Virus record (IMG/VR): IMGVR_UViG_3300033069_001204
Span: 1-64,000 of that record
DNA: 64,000 bases
Origin: a virus
Lineage: Duplodnaviria; Heunggongvirae; Uroviricota; Caudoviricetes
Direction: 5' to 3' (one strand)
Of this stretch, positions 43,884-53,868 are shown one piece after another (positions within the stretch are counted from its first letter, which is position 1; every line of letters starts with the position of its first letter). The translations under genes and the position numbers were made by a program. The notes below the pieces were generated by a model. That model was not told where the DNA came from. It made no database searches and saw nothing but the letters and a program-made list of their open reading frames with translations.

Positions 43884-46800
43884 TCAAAGCTCCGCTGTTA
43901 AGTCTATATATGTTGTGGCATCCAAAGTGGAAAAATAGAAATTGCCTGCTGCTGTAACTGTCGCATAGATATTAACTGAATTGTCTCCAGTAGTTCCTAC
44001 TGAGGGTTGGCCGCAATTACTTACACTCCAAGTTCCTGTTTTAGTCGCAGTAGGAGCTGCTCGCATCTTAGGAAACGCCATTGAAAAGCCAGATATTCCT
44101 GAAGATGATCCATAGCCTCTTAACCAAACATTAGCCAGACGATTAAAATACCGCCTACATTGTTGCGTATCTATGTCGGGATCGCATGGTATGAATTGCG
44201 TCGCGGTCTGGCCTTTCTCCAGCTTGACATTTGCTACGTAGAAAGTATTGGACGTCGAGTCCATGGCGTTGACTTGATTTGCAGTTCCATAAATTGCCGC
44301 TGCAGCAGTTGTCCAGGCATCGAGTGTGGATGTCTGGAAGTTGCTGCCGCATGCCAGGACAAAATTGACTCGTAAAGATACTGTGTTGTCCGTAGAAAAT
44401 GTTGGGCCGGACACATCAAGCGTTACGGGGAATGAGAAATACGTCCAAGTATTGGCGTCCGTTATCTCGCATTCATGCACAAAACTATAGCTGTTTCCGA
44501 CGTCAGCTAGGACAGCACAATAGGTTCCTACTTTGGACGCCCGAAGCCAAAACGACAAGGTCACATAGCCACCAAGGAATGGAGATATAATTGTGCCCTC
44601 AATACGTTGCTGCACTCGATAGACATCTGTCGAGGCTATTGACGTGTCAGCAGTAGTCACGCTGACCTCAAGTGATGTGGTGGAGGATACTCTGGCTTCT
44701 GTATAAGATGGGACGGTGGTGCTTTGCGATAGCGTCACTAGTCCTGCCCCTACATATGTCCACTGCCAACAATCCAACGCATACTGGTTATTGGCTGTTA
44801 TGGCTGTGGAAGTCCCACGCTGGGCTATTCTAAAACTCCCGTTCCTCATGATATTGTCATTAATGACGGACAAGTCCAGCGGAGTGACATACTCTACAGC
44901 AGGGCGGTCGATGATCAATAATGTATTGGCGTCAAGAACTATGGCAATAGGCTTGAGATAGTGCCCCTCAGTCGTGGTTCCAGTCTCTGTCATATCTCCT
45001 GCAGACGTATCGGATACATACAGCACAGGACCCGTGAATCCATGGGACGTATAGGTGTAGCGGCCGATTGGGCAGAATACAAAATTATTGGCATCCACAA
45101 CAGAGGACACCAGACCCACAGACTCGACAGATTCTATGCTGTCGGCCTGCGCCAGCGCGTAGCTGCCATCTGCCAGTTTAGCCACAGCTTGATTGACAGA
45201 AAAACCATGGCTTGTGGAAGCGACTGCAACGGCTAAGGTATCCCCGCTTGCGCCTGCGTTATCGTCCACATACTTCTTGTTCGCCGCTTGATAGTCTGTA
45301 GTAGGCGCAGAACTTGGCGTGATGGGGAAGCTTGAGAACGTCTTGATGCCACCCACAGTCTCATCGCCGGAAGTAGCAACTGCGCCAGCTTGAGCCGCCG
45401 TTACGCTATGCGGATTCGATGTGCTGGAAATATGGTTTTGAATATTTGCATTAGCGGGTTCGTAGACGCCGCTATGCGTATGGTTTCCCGCTGCTGCTTG
45501 CGCTGAACCTGTCCCCAATGTATGATGTAGAGAGCTTGCGCTTGAATCAGTATCGGGACTCTCATGCGTGTTGGCTTGCACCAGCTTGTTCGAGCTATGG
45601 TCATGATCTAGCGGCGTCCTAGCGTCGCTGTTGCGGGAATCATTGTCAGTTACATATTTATTGGATGATGATGGCGTTCCGCTTGTCCCTGCCAATGCGG
45701 CTTTTTCATCGCTGCTTGGAATGTTGCCATGTGCATAAGTTGATTCATGCGTAGAGACGGCGCTGGAAGCTGCCCCGCTTGCATCTGCTCCAACATCGGA
45801 AGCAGATAATGTAATATCGCTGGAAAGAGCCTTACTATTGATTGTCCGTGTGCTTGGGACTATGCCGCCGTGGGCTGTCGTGGTGTAGCCCGTGTGGGTA
45901 TTGAGATTGCCTTGGACAGTGGCGGCGGCTCCGCTGGCGTCTGCGCCTACGTCGGAGTAGGTCAAAGCTATTCCATCGATCTTATAGCTCTGTCCGCTCG
46001 GGATATTGACAGAGCCTGAATCATCCGCAGTAACCAGGGAGTTCTGTATAAGCTTCCCTGTGGTGGAATCGAAGCGGACTATGGCATTATCAGTAGAAGA
46101 CGCAGGTCCGGAAACATCGCCTAATCCCGATACGGAATCGTCCACATACTTCTTTGTAGAAGCCTGATAGTCTGTAGTCGGAGTGGGGACCAGCGGAGAG
46201 CTGCTGAATGTCTTTATTCCAGCTATTGTCTCATTGCCGCTAGTAGCCACAGCCCCAACGTCAGATGCGGCTAATGTGATGTCGCTAGACAGAGCCTTGC
46301 TATTGACTGTGCGGCTAGTAGGGACCGCTCCAGCCTGCGCCGCTGTCACGCTATGTGGATTGCTTGTGTTGTTTATATGGGTGGTAAGATTGCTCTGGAC
46401 TGCGGAGGCCGCTCCAGCTGCGTCGAAGCTCGCGCTAGACAGACCGCCGTCCTTGATAAGCTTTCCTGTTATACCGTCGAATTGGACTAGGTTACCATCG
46501 GTGGAGTTTGCAGGTCCATACACGTCTCCGGTCCCTGCCGGCATATCGTAGCTGAAGTTGCCAGCACCGTCATTCTTAAGGTAGCCTACGGCATCTGCGA
46601 TATTGGCGACGTCGCCAGTTTTCTGGAAGACTGAAGAAACCGCTCCGCCATTTTCATCCACATACTTCTTTGTGGCCACCTGATAGTCAGTTGTTGGCGT
46701 AGGGACTATAGGAGAGCTAGAAAAGGTCTTTATGCCAGCAACGGTCTCATTGCCCGTTGTAGCCACTGCTCCAGCCTGCGCGGCAGTCACTTCATGCGGA

Positions 46801-47072
46801 TTGGCGACATCACTGAGGTGAATGGTCAGATTGGACTGGACGGTTGCTGCGGCTCCACTGACATCAAAACTAGATGGCGAGTATCCTGAGTCTTTTAGCG
46901 CTTTGCCAGTGGTCCCGCTGAAGGATACAAAGTTCCCATCTACGGAACTTGCCGGACCGATGACTGTTCCATTAGAGAGGCCTATCAGAGTGGTCTGGAT
47001 GACTGCCACAGGTCCCATCGAAGCAGACTGGATGACTGTGACTGGATTTAGAGTCATGGTGAGCTCAGGCAC
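43884..47072 (-). CDS. long tail fibre protein with three copies of the phage tail-fibre repeat
   Basis: 1062 aa. The repeat (V/L)TAAQAGAV(A/P)T-GNETVAGIKTFSSSPIVPTPTTDYQVATKKYVD occurs three times, each followed by DSG/GASG. Ser/Thr/Ala-rich. C-terminal globular domain. Confidence 0.8.
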   Translation of the reverse strand: MPELTMTLNPVTVIQSASMGPVAVIQTTLIGLSNGTVIGPASSVDGNFVSFSGTTGKALKDSGYSPSSFDVSGAAATVQSNLTIHLSDVANPHEVTAAQAGAVATTGNETVAGIKTFSSSPIVPTPTTDYQVATKKYVDENGGAVSSVFQKTGDVANIADAVGYLKNDGAGNFSYDMPAGTGDVYGPANSTDGNLVQFDGITGKLIKDGGLSSASFDAAGAASAVQSNLTTHINNTSNPHSVTAAQAGAVPTSRTVNSKALSSDITLAASDVGAVATSGNETIAGIKTFSSSPLVPTPTTDYQASTKKYVDDSVSGLGDVSGPASSTDNAIVRFDSTTGKLIQNSLVTADDSGSVNIPSGQSYKIDGIALTYSDVGADASGAAATVQGNLNTHTGYTTTAHGGIVPSTRTINSKALSSDITLSASDVGADASGAASSAVSTHESTYAHGNIPSSDEKAALAGTSGTPSSSNKYVTDNDSRNSDARTPLDHDHSSNKLVQANTHESPDTDSSASSLHHTLGTGSAQAAAGNHTHSGVYEPANANIQNHISSTSNPHSVTAAQAGAVATSGDETVGGIKTFSSFPITPSSAPTTDYQAANKKYVDDNAGASGDTLAVAVASTSHGFSVNQAVAKLADGSYALAQADSIESVESVGLVSSVVDANNFVFCPIGRYTYTSHGFTGPVLYVSDTSAGDMTETGTTTEGHYLKPIAIVLDANTLLIIDRPAVEYVTPLDLSVINDNIMRNGSFRIAQRGTSTAITANNQYALDCWQWTYVGAGLVTLSQSTTVPSYTEARVSSTTSLEVSVTTADTSIASTDVYRVQQRIEGTIISPFLGGYVTLSFWLRASKVGTYCAVLADVGNSYSFVHECEITDANTWTYFSFPVTLDVSGPTFSTDNTVSLRVNFVLACGSNFQTSTLDAWTTAAAAIYGTANQVNAMDSTSNTFYVANVKLEKGQTATQFIPCDPDIDTQQCRRYFNRLANVWLRGYGSSSGISGFSMAFPKMRAAPTATKTGTWSVSNCGQPSVGTTGDNSVNIYATVTAAGNFYFSTLDATTYIDLTAEL

Positions 47073-47440
47073 TAGGACCCCCTTCTCACGACCTCAGAGG
47101 CTAGGAAGAGCTGGTTCACTCCAAGAGTATACCGCTTCCCAGCAGAGGATATGAGTTTAACGCCTATGGCATAGGTATGATTCGCTTCCAGACTCTCAGT
47201 ATCCGTTGGAATGAAAGATACGGACTGGACTCCGGAAGTGGGATCATCTGTGCATGCCTGGGTCTTCGAAATGAGAGCATTGGACTCGTTCGCTGTAGCC
47301 GCGTTGTCTATGGAATCCTTGACATCGATAAGAAGAGTGCAGTCGGTCAGATCAAATGGATCTCCAGCAGAGTCCAGGACTGTGATGGCGATTTCGAAGT
47401 CATCTCCACGGTATGCTTGGATATCCATGATGGACCTCAA
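47072..47440 (-). CDS. hypothetical tail protein (Ig-like or distal tail candidate)
   Basis: 122-aa ORF immediately upstream of the fibre gene. Confidence 0.4.
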   Translation of the reverse strand: MRSIMDIQAYRGDDFEIAITVLDSAGDPFDLTDCTLLIDVKDSIDNAATANESNALISKTQACTDDPTSGVQSVSFIPTDTESLEANHTYAIGVKLISSAGKRYTLGVNQLFLASEVVRRGS

Positions 47441-47673
47441 TCATTTATGGGAACGTATGTCGCCGTGGCCCTGGCGGACCAGAGTGTCTTCTGGACCTTC
47501 TCGATTGTCGTGGTTCCGCCGGCTACGGTATCCCTGCGTATGAGTCCTGGGACAGTCGAGAGATTCTCGTAGCAGTAGTAGGTCACGTCGCCATCCACCA
47601 GTTTGATGTAGGGAATAGTCTGGTTGGTGATCTGGACGCCCTTAGAAGTGATGCCTATTGAGGGAATTTGCAT
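47437..47673 (-). CDS. hypothetical protein
   Basis: 78-aa ORF. Confidence 0.4.
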   Translation of the reverse strand: MQIPSIGITSKGVQITNQTIPYIKLVDGDVTYYCYENLSTVPGLIRRDTVAGGTTTIEKVQKTLWSARATATYVPIND

Positions 47674-47724
47674 GTCTGGGACTCCTTTTCTATTCGTTGG
47701 AATATAGCATTTTTACGACAAAAT

Positions 47725-49140
47725 TCAAGCCGATGGGACCTGGAACCGGAATCCATTGTCCACGTCCATTTGCATGATATAGACGTTGTTGAATGGGTAG
47801 CCGCCTGAGAATGAAGCATCGGAATTGGGATCCGTAGGTCCGCTAGAAGGATATGGAGGATCTGGAAATATCCGAGCAAGAATTTCGGTGTCAGGGTCGG
47901 AATCTTTTGCGACAATTATTGGATCGACCTTGGTGTATTGCGAAGACGTGAATCCTGCATCCTGCCAAGGGACTGTTCCGAAATTAGTGTTAGAAGCTGC
48001 GGACATGTAAATATATGGTGTCACATTGAAGGCATAGCGCGAAGCCCAAGCTCCGACTATTTTAGCGTCTACATATTGCTTATAGTCTGTGAAATAGATG
48101 CTCGCCGCTTTTGACCATGGATCTCCAGAAGGCTCTCTGGTATAGGAGAGTCTGCATAGCTCAGTTTTTGGAGAGCGGCCTTTGTCATCCACACTGCTTG
48201 ATGTGATCCACTTGTCTGGGAATTTCTTATGCAGATCTGCCCAAATTCCCCAACCCCGAAGACCTACGTAGTCCCCCGCCGAAAGCGTAAGATCTACTTC
48301 ATACACTCCATCTGCTATGACGGTATTGGATCCACCATTGACGCTATATGCCAATGACTGATCCGGATCAGGGTTGTCCAATTCTCGATTATAGACCACA
48401 ATGCGATAGTCGCCATCGGAATCGGCATACAGCGATTCTGTGTATCCGTAGGCCGTCATGACAAAGCTTTTGTAGTATCGAAAATGGGCCTCGATAAGAG
48501 ATTTTGCCCATCCCCATACATCATTGTTGTAGATGTCAGGATCTGTCGAACTGTAGGAATAGTGACCACCAGCAACATGGGAGAATATCCCTCCCCATCT
48601 GTCTCTTGATGATCCAAATGCAGCCGTTATGTTAGTGCCCGGTGTGGTCCCCCATCCGGAATACCACAGAGCTGCAGTTGCAGTAAATTTTTTCCAGCAG
48701 CATAGATCAAGCATTCTTTTTTGCTGCCTTAGAAACGCCGACTGGTCATATCCGTTCGCCAGTGGAACAATATAGGGTTCATCCATATATGAAAGTAATT
48801 TAGCTAACGTCCAAGCGGGAGCTACATCACCTTCTGTAGTTTTTCCAGACCAGTCTCCTCCAGAGTCTGATATGTCTACAAACTTAGTGACTATAGTGGT
48901 TCGAAAGTTGTCTGATAGTCCTTTGGCGTAGGTATAGGAAGCCATGCGATCCGGGACGAAGTAAATGGTGTTGGTGGTCGGATTGCTGACATAGCCGGGC
49001 GCGTAGGCCAAATCCCAGCGTTCATTTATTGCGAGCTGAAGAGCCACCCAATATTTGGCCTGATAGGGATCGGGATTGTCCCAATCCATATCCAGATCGT
49101 CCCATGATGTTGGGAATACGAAATCATCCATGTGGCTCAT
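47725..49140 (-). CDS. hypothetical tail or baseplate structural protein
   Basis: 471 aa, Tyr/Trp/Asp-rich, within the tail module. Confidence 0.5.
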   Translation of the reverse strand: MSHMDDFVFPTSWDDLDMDWDNPDPYQAKYWVALQLAINERWDLAYAPGYVSNPTTNTIYFVPDRMASYTYAKGLSDNFRTTIVTKFVDISDSGGDWSGKTTEGDVAPAWTLAKLLSYMDEPYIVPLANGYDQSAFLRQQKRMLDLCCWKKFTATAALWYSGWGTTPGTNITAAFGSSRDRWGGIFSHVAGGHYSYSSTDPDIYNNDVWGWAKSLIEAHFRYYKSFVMTAYGYTESLYADSDGDYRIVVYNRELDNPDPDQSLAYSVNGGSNTVIADGVYEVDLTLSAGDYVGLRGWGIWADLHKKFPDKWITSSSVDDKGRSPKTELCRLSYTREPSGDPWSKAASIYFTDYKQYVDAKIVGAWASRYAFNVTPYIYMSAASNTNFGTVPWQDAGFTSSQYTKVDPIIVAKDSDPDTEILARIFPDPPYPSSGPTDPNSDASFSGGYPFNNVYIMQMDVDNGFRFQVPSA

Positions 49141-49973
49141 AAAAACCTCGGAGCATCCCCAGTATAGATGTCGTATTTATTATCTCCCAGAACATAGGTG
49201 CTGAGAGTGATTGTCAAGTCTCCAGATGCTGGACTATGGGCGGTGAATGTGACAGAAGACGTCTTGGATGGCTCATCATCAGAGTCCCACCAACCTTCTG
49301 ACGATCCATAGGTCCCTATGACCCATTTCGAATTTGAACTATCATAATAGATATCGCCATAAGTAAAATGGCCACTGACCTGCGCCAGGCTCCGCGTGTA
49401 AGTAGTGCTGCCATCCGTCCACTGGGGAAGGCCAAAATACTTGGTGCCAGTAGCTGATCCCCTAGCGGTATATGCCGCCAACTTTGTAGACGAATCCCAG
49501 CGGTCGAATAAGACAGCCAGAGTTTTGGTGGCTCCTCCATGCAGCGCCCCACGAGGAGTCAGCGTCAGTGTTCCGGTCTCTCCTAAAGTGGATATAGCAC
49601 TAGGCACGGTATAGAAATTATCTCCATAGTAGGTTCCCGATACGGTGTATTCCACAGGCTCACGGCCTAGTGGATAACTGGAGCTCAGAACCACCCATCC
49701 GAAACCTGCAGTATTGTAGAGCTTCCACGACGCGCTAGAAAATCCCATATATCCACTATAGAAACCAGCTTGCGTATAGGGGACCAGCGGACTAGCAGTA
49801 GCGCCATCAACCACATAGGAGTATCCAAACGTAGTTGCGATGTTGTATTTGGATTTGAAATAATAGAGGTAGTATCCCGCATCATTTCCCAATCCTAAAT
49901 AGATCGGGTCGCTAATGGCGCCAGCAGGATGCGTAGGCATGCGGAACGCCGTCTGTTTTAATCTCCATGTCAT
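49137..49973 (-). CDS. hypothetical tail structural protein (start adjusted to MTWRLKQ)
   Basis: ORF 49137..50060; its N-terminal extension overlaps the upstream gene. Confidence 0.45.
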   Translation of the reverse strand: MTWRLKQTAFRMPTHPAGAISDPIYLGLGNDAGYYLYYFKSKYNIATTFGYSYVVDGATASPLVPYTQAGFYSGYMGFSSASWKLYNTAGFGWVVLSSSYPLGREPVEYTVSGTYYGDNFYTVPSAISTLGETGTLTLTPRGALHGGATKTLAVLFDRWDSSTKLAAYTARGSATGTKYFGLPQWTDGSTTYTRSLAQVSGHFTYGDIYYDSSNSKWVIGTYGSSEGWWDSDDEPSKTSSVTFTAHSPASGDLTITLSTYVLGDNKYDIYTGDAPRFL

Positions 49974-50386
49974 TCGGTGCCTCCAGTATAGGTTATCTGA
50001 AGCGCATGCGCCACTCCCCAAGTCCCAACCGGAAGATCTGAGACCCAGGCCATATCGCATACCTCCAGAGTCCCAGTCCCAGTAGATGCCTGATCCCTCC
50101 CATTGCCATAAAGAGCCACGGAATATCCCGCAGCCGTAGATCCTCCAGTAGTCTTATAGATGATTGTGGAGGCATCGCTGCTTCCTCCAGACCCCGGATC
50201 GGTTATCTTCTCCACCGCATGCAGGCGGATTCCGGCTCCGGTATTCTCCGTCCTAATGGTAGGACTGTCGAGAACCCTTGATCTCTTGTTCAGCTCATTC
50301 TGTCTCTGGACCCATTCCCGAATATGCATATCACCACGTCCATTCTCCGCCATTCTTATCTGGATCCCAATACATCCGGACCTCAT
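49970..50386 (-). CDS. hypothetical structural protein
   Basis: 138-aa ORF; Gly/Thr-rich C-terminus. Confidence 0.4.
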   Translation of the reverse strand: MRSGCIGIQIRMAENGRGDMHIREWVQRQNELNKRSRVLDSPTIRTENTGAGIRLHAVEKITDPGSGGSSDASTIIYKTTGGSTAAGYSVALYGNGRDQASTGTGTLEVCDMAWVSDLPVGTWGVAHALQITYTGGTE

Positions 50387-51137
50387 CCGGCCCCACCTTG
50401 GGGGCCTTCAGCATGGAGCGTTTGATGGTCTTCTTCAGGACTCCGGCCTCCATATAGCGGCTGGCCATGGCCTCTTTCGCCAGCCACAGTCCATCAGTGC
50501 TCTGCTTAGGAGCGCATCCCGAACCGAAGCTGCCATTGACGCCATACCAGTCCTCCATGTCGGTATCGTTCACAGTGGAGGGATATGTCACTATGTATAT
50601 GACCGAACTGACGGCATGCCGCAATGCTCCAGTCACAACGTCCTGGAGCGGGGCTCCTCCGCTCTCAAAAGCCGCAGCCATTGAAGTCGAGGTGAAGGGG
50701 CTCTCATTGTAGACCATGCTGCCCAGGGAGGATGTCGTGGCGTTGTTGCAGACCCAGGAGCCTTGCTTGCAGGCCGCTCCATAGATGTCAAAGATGCCGG
50801 CCACCTCATCATAGGCATTGGCAAGACGAATTCCGAACCACTCTGGCAGGAACATGACCTCGGCGCTATTGTAGTTCTTAATGATGGTGCCGTTGCTGAA
50901 GGAGCCGGAGTATGGATTGTTCGAAGCCTCTGCATAAATGAGCCAATGCTGGGCCTCTCTCTTGGAGACACATCCCGTCACGAAGGTCCCGGCCACTCCG
51001 GTCCATGATGACGCATCGTCCTTATAGTCGAAGAGATAGGACGCCTCGCTGCCATCAGGGACGAACCATCCTATCCTGTAGAGCCGGCCATCCTTATTGG
51101 TCTCTATGGTCAGCTTCTTGATTATCTTGACTGCCAT
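50331..51137 (-). CDS. hypothetical structural protein
   Basis: 268 aa. Confidence 0.5.
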   Translation of the reverse strand: MAVKIIKKLTIETNKDGRLYRIGWFVPDGSEASYLFDYKDDASSWTGVAGTFVTGCVSKREAQHWLIYAEASNNPYSGSFSNGTIIKNYNSAEVMFLPEWFGIRLANAYDEVAGIFDIYGAACKQGSWVCNNATTSSLGSMVYNESPFTSTSMAAAFESGGAPLQDVVTGALRHAVSSVIYIVTYPSTVNDTDMEDWYGVNGSFGSGCAPKQSTDGLWLAKEAMASRYMEAGVLKKTIKRSMLKAPKVGPDEVRMYWDPDKNGGEWTW

Positions 51138-51430
51138 TATCTGCCTCCCTGTGGTTCGAACTCATCGACCTGCAATAGATCCCCTGAGTCCAGCGAACTA
51201 ACTGCCAACTTGGTCTCAGCGTCCTCCAGCCTTGCCTCCCGTATGGAGTCCTCCAGAGTCTCAATTGTCGTCTTCAGTTCGAGGATCTCGGAATCCCTCG
51301 ACTTGAGCTGGGCCTCCAGCGCCTTGTTGCGGTCCTGGAGCTCCTTCACAGTGGCTGCGGTCCGGCTCTTCAACGCCTCGACGGAGGACTCCAGCTTGGC
51401 AAACTGCTCCTTAGTGATGAAGTCAGGCAT
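51137..51430 (-). CDS. coiled-coil protein
   Basis: 97 aa with a heptad-like Leu/Glu/Lys pattern. Confidence 0.45.
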   Translation of the reverse strand: MPDFITKEQFAKLESSVEALKSRTAATVKELQDRNKALEAQLKSRDSEILELKTTIETLEDSIREARLEDAETKLAVSSLDSGDLLQVDEFEPQGGR

Positions 51431-51431
51431 G

Positions 51432-51869
51432 TTAGTTGTCCTCTATGGAAAGCCTCAGCTTCGTAGCCACCACTCCGCTCCAACGATCCAATGGGAATCC
51501 CTTGGAGTCCCTGAACTTGTAGAGGACATTGTGGTCTATCTGGAAATCGAAAAGGGTCAGTATGGCCTCCTCCATAGTCTGGAGAGCCGACACATTGGCT
51601 GTAATGGTGGTCAGCTTCCTGGTGAATGGGACCAGGGTGGCGACGCCCATGCGGTCCATCTGATCCACCGGACCCGCTGCACATTCATCCGTTATGAGCA
51701 GGACTCCAGGAGGCTGGACGGTGTCGAGAATCCTGAAGACCTTATCGAGGTCCTGCTCGCATGCCACAACCCGGGTGGACCACGTGCTCTGCGTGGCTAG
51801 CTGAGTCTGGAGATAGGCCAGGATATTAGCCAGGCCATATCGAGTCCGGCTATAGTCCGTCATATCCAA
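51432..51869 (-). CDS. hypothetical head-tail joining region protein
   Basis: 145 aa. Confidence 0.45.
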   Translation of the reverse strand: MDMTDYSRTRYGLANILAYLQTQLATQSTWSTRVVACEQDLDKVFRILDTVQPPGVLLITDECAAGPVDQMDRMGVATLVPFTRKLTTITANVSALQTMEEAILTLFDFQIDHNVLYKFRDSKGFPLDRWSGVVATKLRLSIEDN

Positions 51870-52327
51870 ATCCCCTGGACGAGATCCTGCTTGGGAACAT
51901 AGAAGGCGTTCTCAGAGAAGATCGGCGTGTCGCTATCGACCTGCAAGCTGAGTCCGACCTCCTGGCGGAGTTGGATGGCTCCATCAATGGCCATCTTGCC
52001 ATCCAAGAATAGCTGGAGCTCCTTCAATGCCTCCTCGTAGGAATACTTATACTTGGTCGGGACGTCGTCGCCAATGCCCCTCTTGTAGAGATCATACTCC
52101 ACAATTCGGTAGCACCACTCCTGGACGATGGGGCTGTTCGGAAGCGGAGTGGCATAGTAGCGGCTGGCCATGGAGTTGATATAGCCCTCAGCCCTAGTGA
52201 CCACATCAGTGAGAAGGATGTTGCGTTCCGCTGAAGACAGGGCCGTTCCGCCATCGGTGCAGAGCTCGGCCAGCTTGGCCTCGGTCATCCTTTTGGAGAG
52301 ACTCGCTACGCTGATATATGCGCCCAT
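51860..52327 (-). CDS. Mu gp36-like (DUF1320) head-tail connector protein
   Basis: 155 aa. N-terminal YISVASLSKRMTEAKLAELCTDGG...LLTDVVTRAEGYINSMASRYYATPL matches the DUF1320 pattern (YisvxdLxxrlxexxlxqLtdd...AxxxidsylxxRYxlPl). Confidence 0.55.
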   Translation of the reverse strand: MGAYISVASLSKRMTEAKLAELCTDGGTALSSAERNILLTDVVTRAEGYINSMASRYYATPLPNSPIVQEWCYRIVEYDLYKRGIGDDVPTKYKYSYEEALKELQLFLDGKMAIDGAIQLRQEVGLSLQVDSDTPIFSENAFYVPKQDLVQGIWI

Positions 52328-52422
52328 GGAAACCTCCTTGATGTTTGAGCTACATCCCCGATGTCCTGGAATCCTGGGCTCCGGGGATGGGGCTCCTGTG
52401 AGAGGCGCGCATTCTTTCGTGT

Positions 52423-52460
52423 CTAAAAAGAGAGGGCGGCGGTTCTGATTCCGCCGCCCT
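52423..52460 (-). terminator. rho-independent terminator downstream of the capsid gene (agggcggcgg / ccgccgccct stem; T-tract on the minus strand)
   Basis: 10-bp GC stem at 52433-52442 / 52451-52460, an 8-nt loop, and a minus-strand ctctttttag after the hairpin. Confidence 0.75.
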
Positions 52461-52487
52461 CAAGCCAACTCAATAAGGCAGGAACTG

Positions 52488-53411
52488 TTAGGCCACCCCG
52501 GTGCTTCCTATTGCGAAGAACGGGAAGGTCGGGAGTCCGGCTCCACGGGCCTCAACGCCCCAGATCAGGGAGTTGTAGGTGAACGCGCGGTCGGAGTTGA
52601 ACGGAGTCAAGGCGATCATCTCCGGGGCTTTCCTCTTCTGATACAGCGTGGGCTTGATGCCGCCGCCGATGTTGAAGAGATACCAAGCCGTCTCGGAGTA
52701 GCCGTCGAGCCACGGATTGACAACCAGCTGGGCGCTGCCTTCGTATTGGTTTGTCGCTCCGAAGTTGTTGAACTCGTTCTCGACGATGGCCTGTCCGGCG
52801 TTCTCAAGGGTCGTGGGGACCATGAGAACGAGCTTGGGAGTCGTGTTGACCGGAATGGCCGGGCTATCCTTGTCAGCCTGGACCCTGAACCCCTTCATGG
52901 CGGACTTGGCCTCGCCGAAGTTGGCGGGAGTCAGAGCGCCGGTCCTGAGGTTGTCGATCGTGGAAAGGCCGATGGTGTGGGTGTCGGCAAACCAAGCGAG
53001 CCCGTCGTAGGTCTTGGTTGTGGTGAACCCGTTGCCAAGGATCTCCGCCATGATCTGGTCGGGGAGCAACTCGGCATTGCGGCCCATCATGGACGCCAGC
53101 ATGGAATACTGGCTGATCTGCTCGTCTTCGAACTTGATCCTGGGGATCTCGATGGTGTCCTCGTAGGTGTCGTTCGCGACGGCGACGTCCTGTGTCTGGA
53201 CGTTCCTGAACAGCCTCGGACTGTTGATGACCAGCTTCCTCATCGCGGGGATGAAGCTCAGCCACGAGTATACGTTCTGGTAGCTGACGGACGGGACTTC
53301 CTCGTAGATGTCCTTGAAGGCTCCGGGACCTGCGGACTTGATGCCGTCCTGGAACTTGGTCAGAAGACCAGAGTTGACTATGTCGTAGTCACCCCTATTG
53401 TGAATATCCAT
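52488..53411 (-). CDS. major capsid protein, Mu gpT-like
   Basis: 307 aa. N-terminal LLTKFQDGIKSAGPGAFKDIYEEVPSVSYQNVYSWLSFIPAMRKLVINSPR parallels the Mu major head subunit N-terminus. Strong terminator downstream. Confidence 0.65.
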   Translation of the reverse strand: MDIHNRGDYDIVNSGLLTKFQDGIKSAGPGAFKDIYEEVPSVSYQNVYSWLSFIPAMRKLVINSPRLFRNVQTQDVAVANDTYEDTIEIPRIKFEDEQISQYSMLASMMGRNAELLPDQIMAEILGNGFTTTKTYDGLAWFADTHTIGLSTIDNLRTGALTPANFGEAKSAMKGFRVQADKDSPAIPVNTTPKLVLMVPTTLENAGQAIVENEFNNFGATNQYEGSAQLVVNPWLDGYSETAWYLFNIGGGIKPTLYQKRKAPEMIALTPFNSDRAFTYNSLIWGVEARGAGLPTFPFFAIGSTGVA

Positions 53412-53441
53412 TTCCTATCTCCTTTTGGTGGTTATTTGGTA

Positions 53442-53849
53442 TTAGGCCACAGGAGCCTTGACGCCGACCCACACCATGACGCCGAGAGAATCGACGCTCA
53501 TGACCGTGCCTGCGACGATGCTGTTCGTGCCGGCATGTGCGACTGTCGAAGCATCTTCGACGTAGCAGACCTTGCCAGTATCAGCCGCCACAACGGGGGA
53601 AGACGTGCTGTTCGTGATTCTGTAGACGCCCTTCTTTGCGAAGGCCGTGCCAGCAGAGGCTACCTTGTCGAAGCAAACTCCGACAACCTGATGTGTCGAC
53701 ACGCTCGCGTCCGCCTCATAGCCCTTGCCATCGGCGGTATCCACGGCGATCATCACGCCGTTGGAAGACGAGTTGCCGGAAGTGCTGTTGATTGCCTCGC
53801 CGGTGACGACAAAGCTACCCAGTCCAGCCTGTTCTGCGCTAATGCTCAT
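53442..53849 (-). CDS. DUF2190-like head decoration protein
   Basis: 135 aa. Gly/Val/Ala-rich beta pattern GVCFDKVASAGTAFAKKGVYRI...VAGTVMSVDSLGVMVWVG. Lies between the protease/scaffold and the capsid gene. Confidence 0.5.
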   Translation of the reverse strand: MSISAEQAGLGSFVVTGEAINSTSGNSSSNGVMIAVDTADGKGYEADASVSTHQVVGVCFDKVASAGTAFAKKGVYRITNSTSSPVVAADTGKVCYVEDASTVAHAGTNSIVAGTVMSVDSLGVMVWVGVKAPVA

Positions 53850-53868
53850 CTCAAATCCTCCTTTAGGA

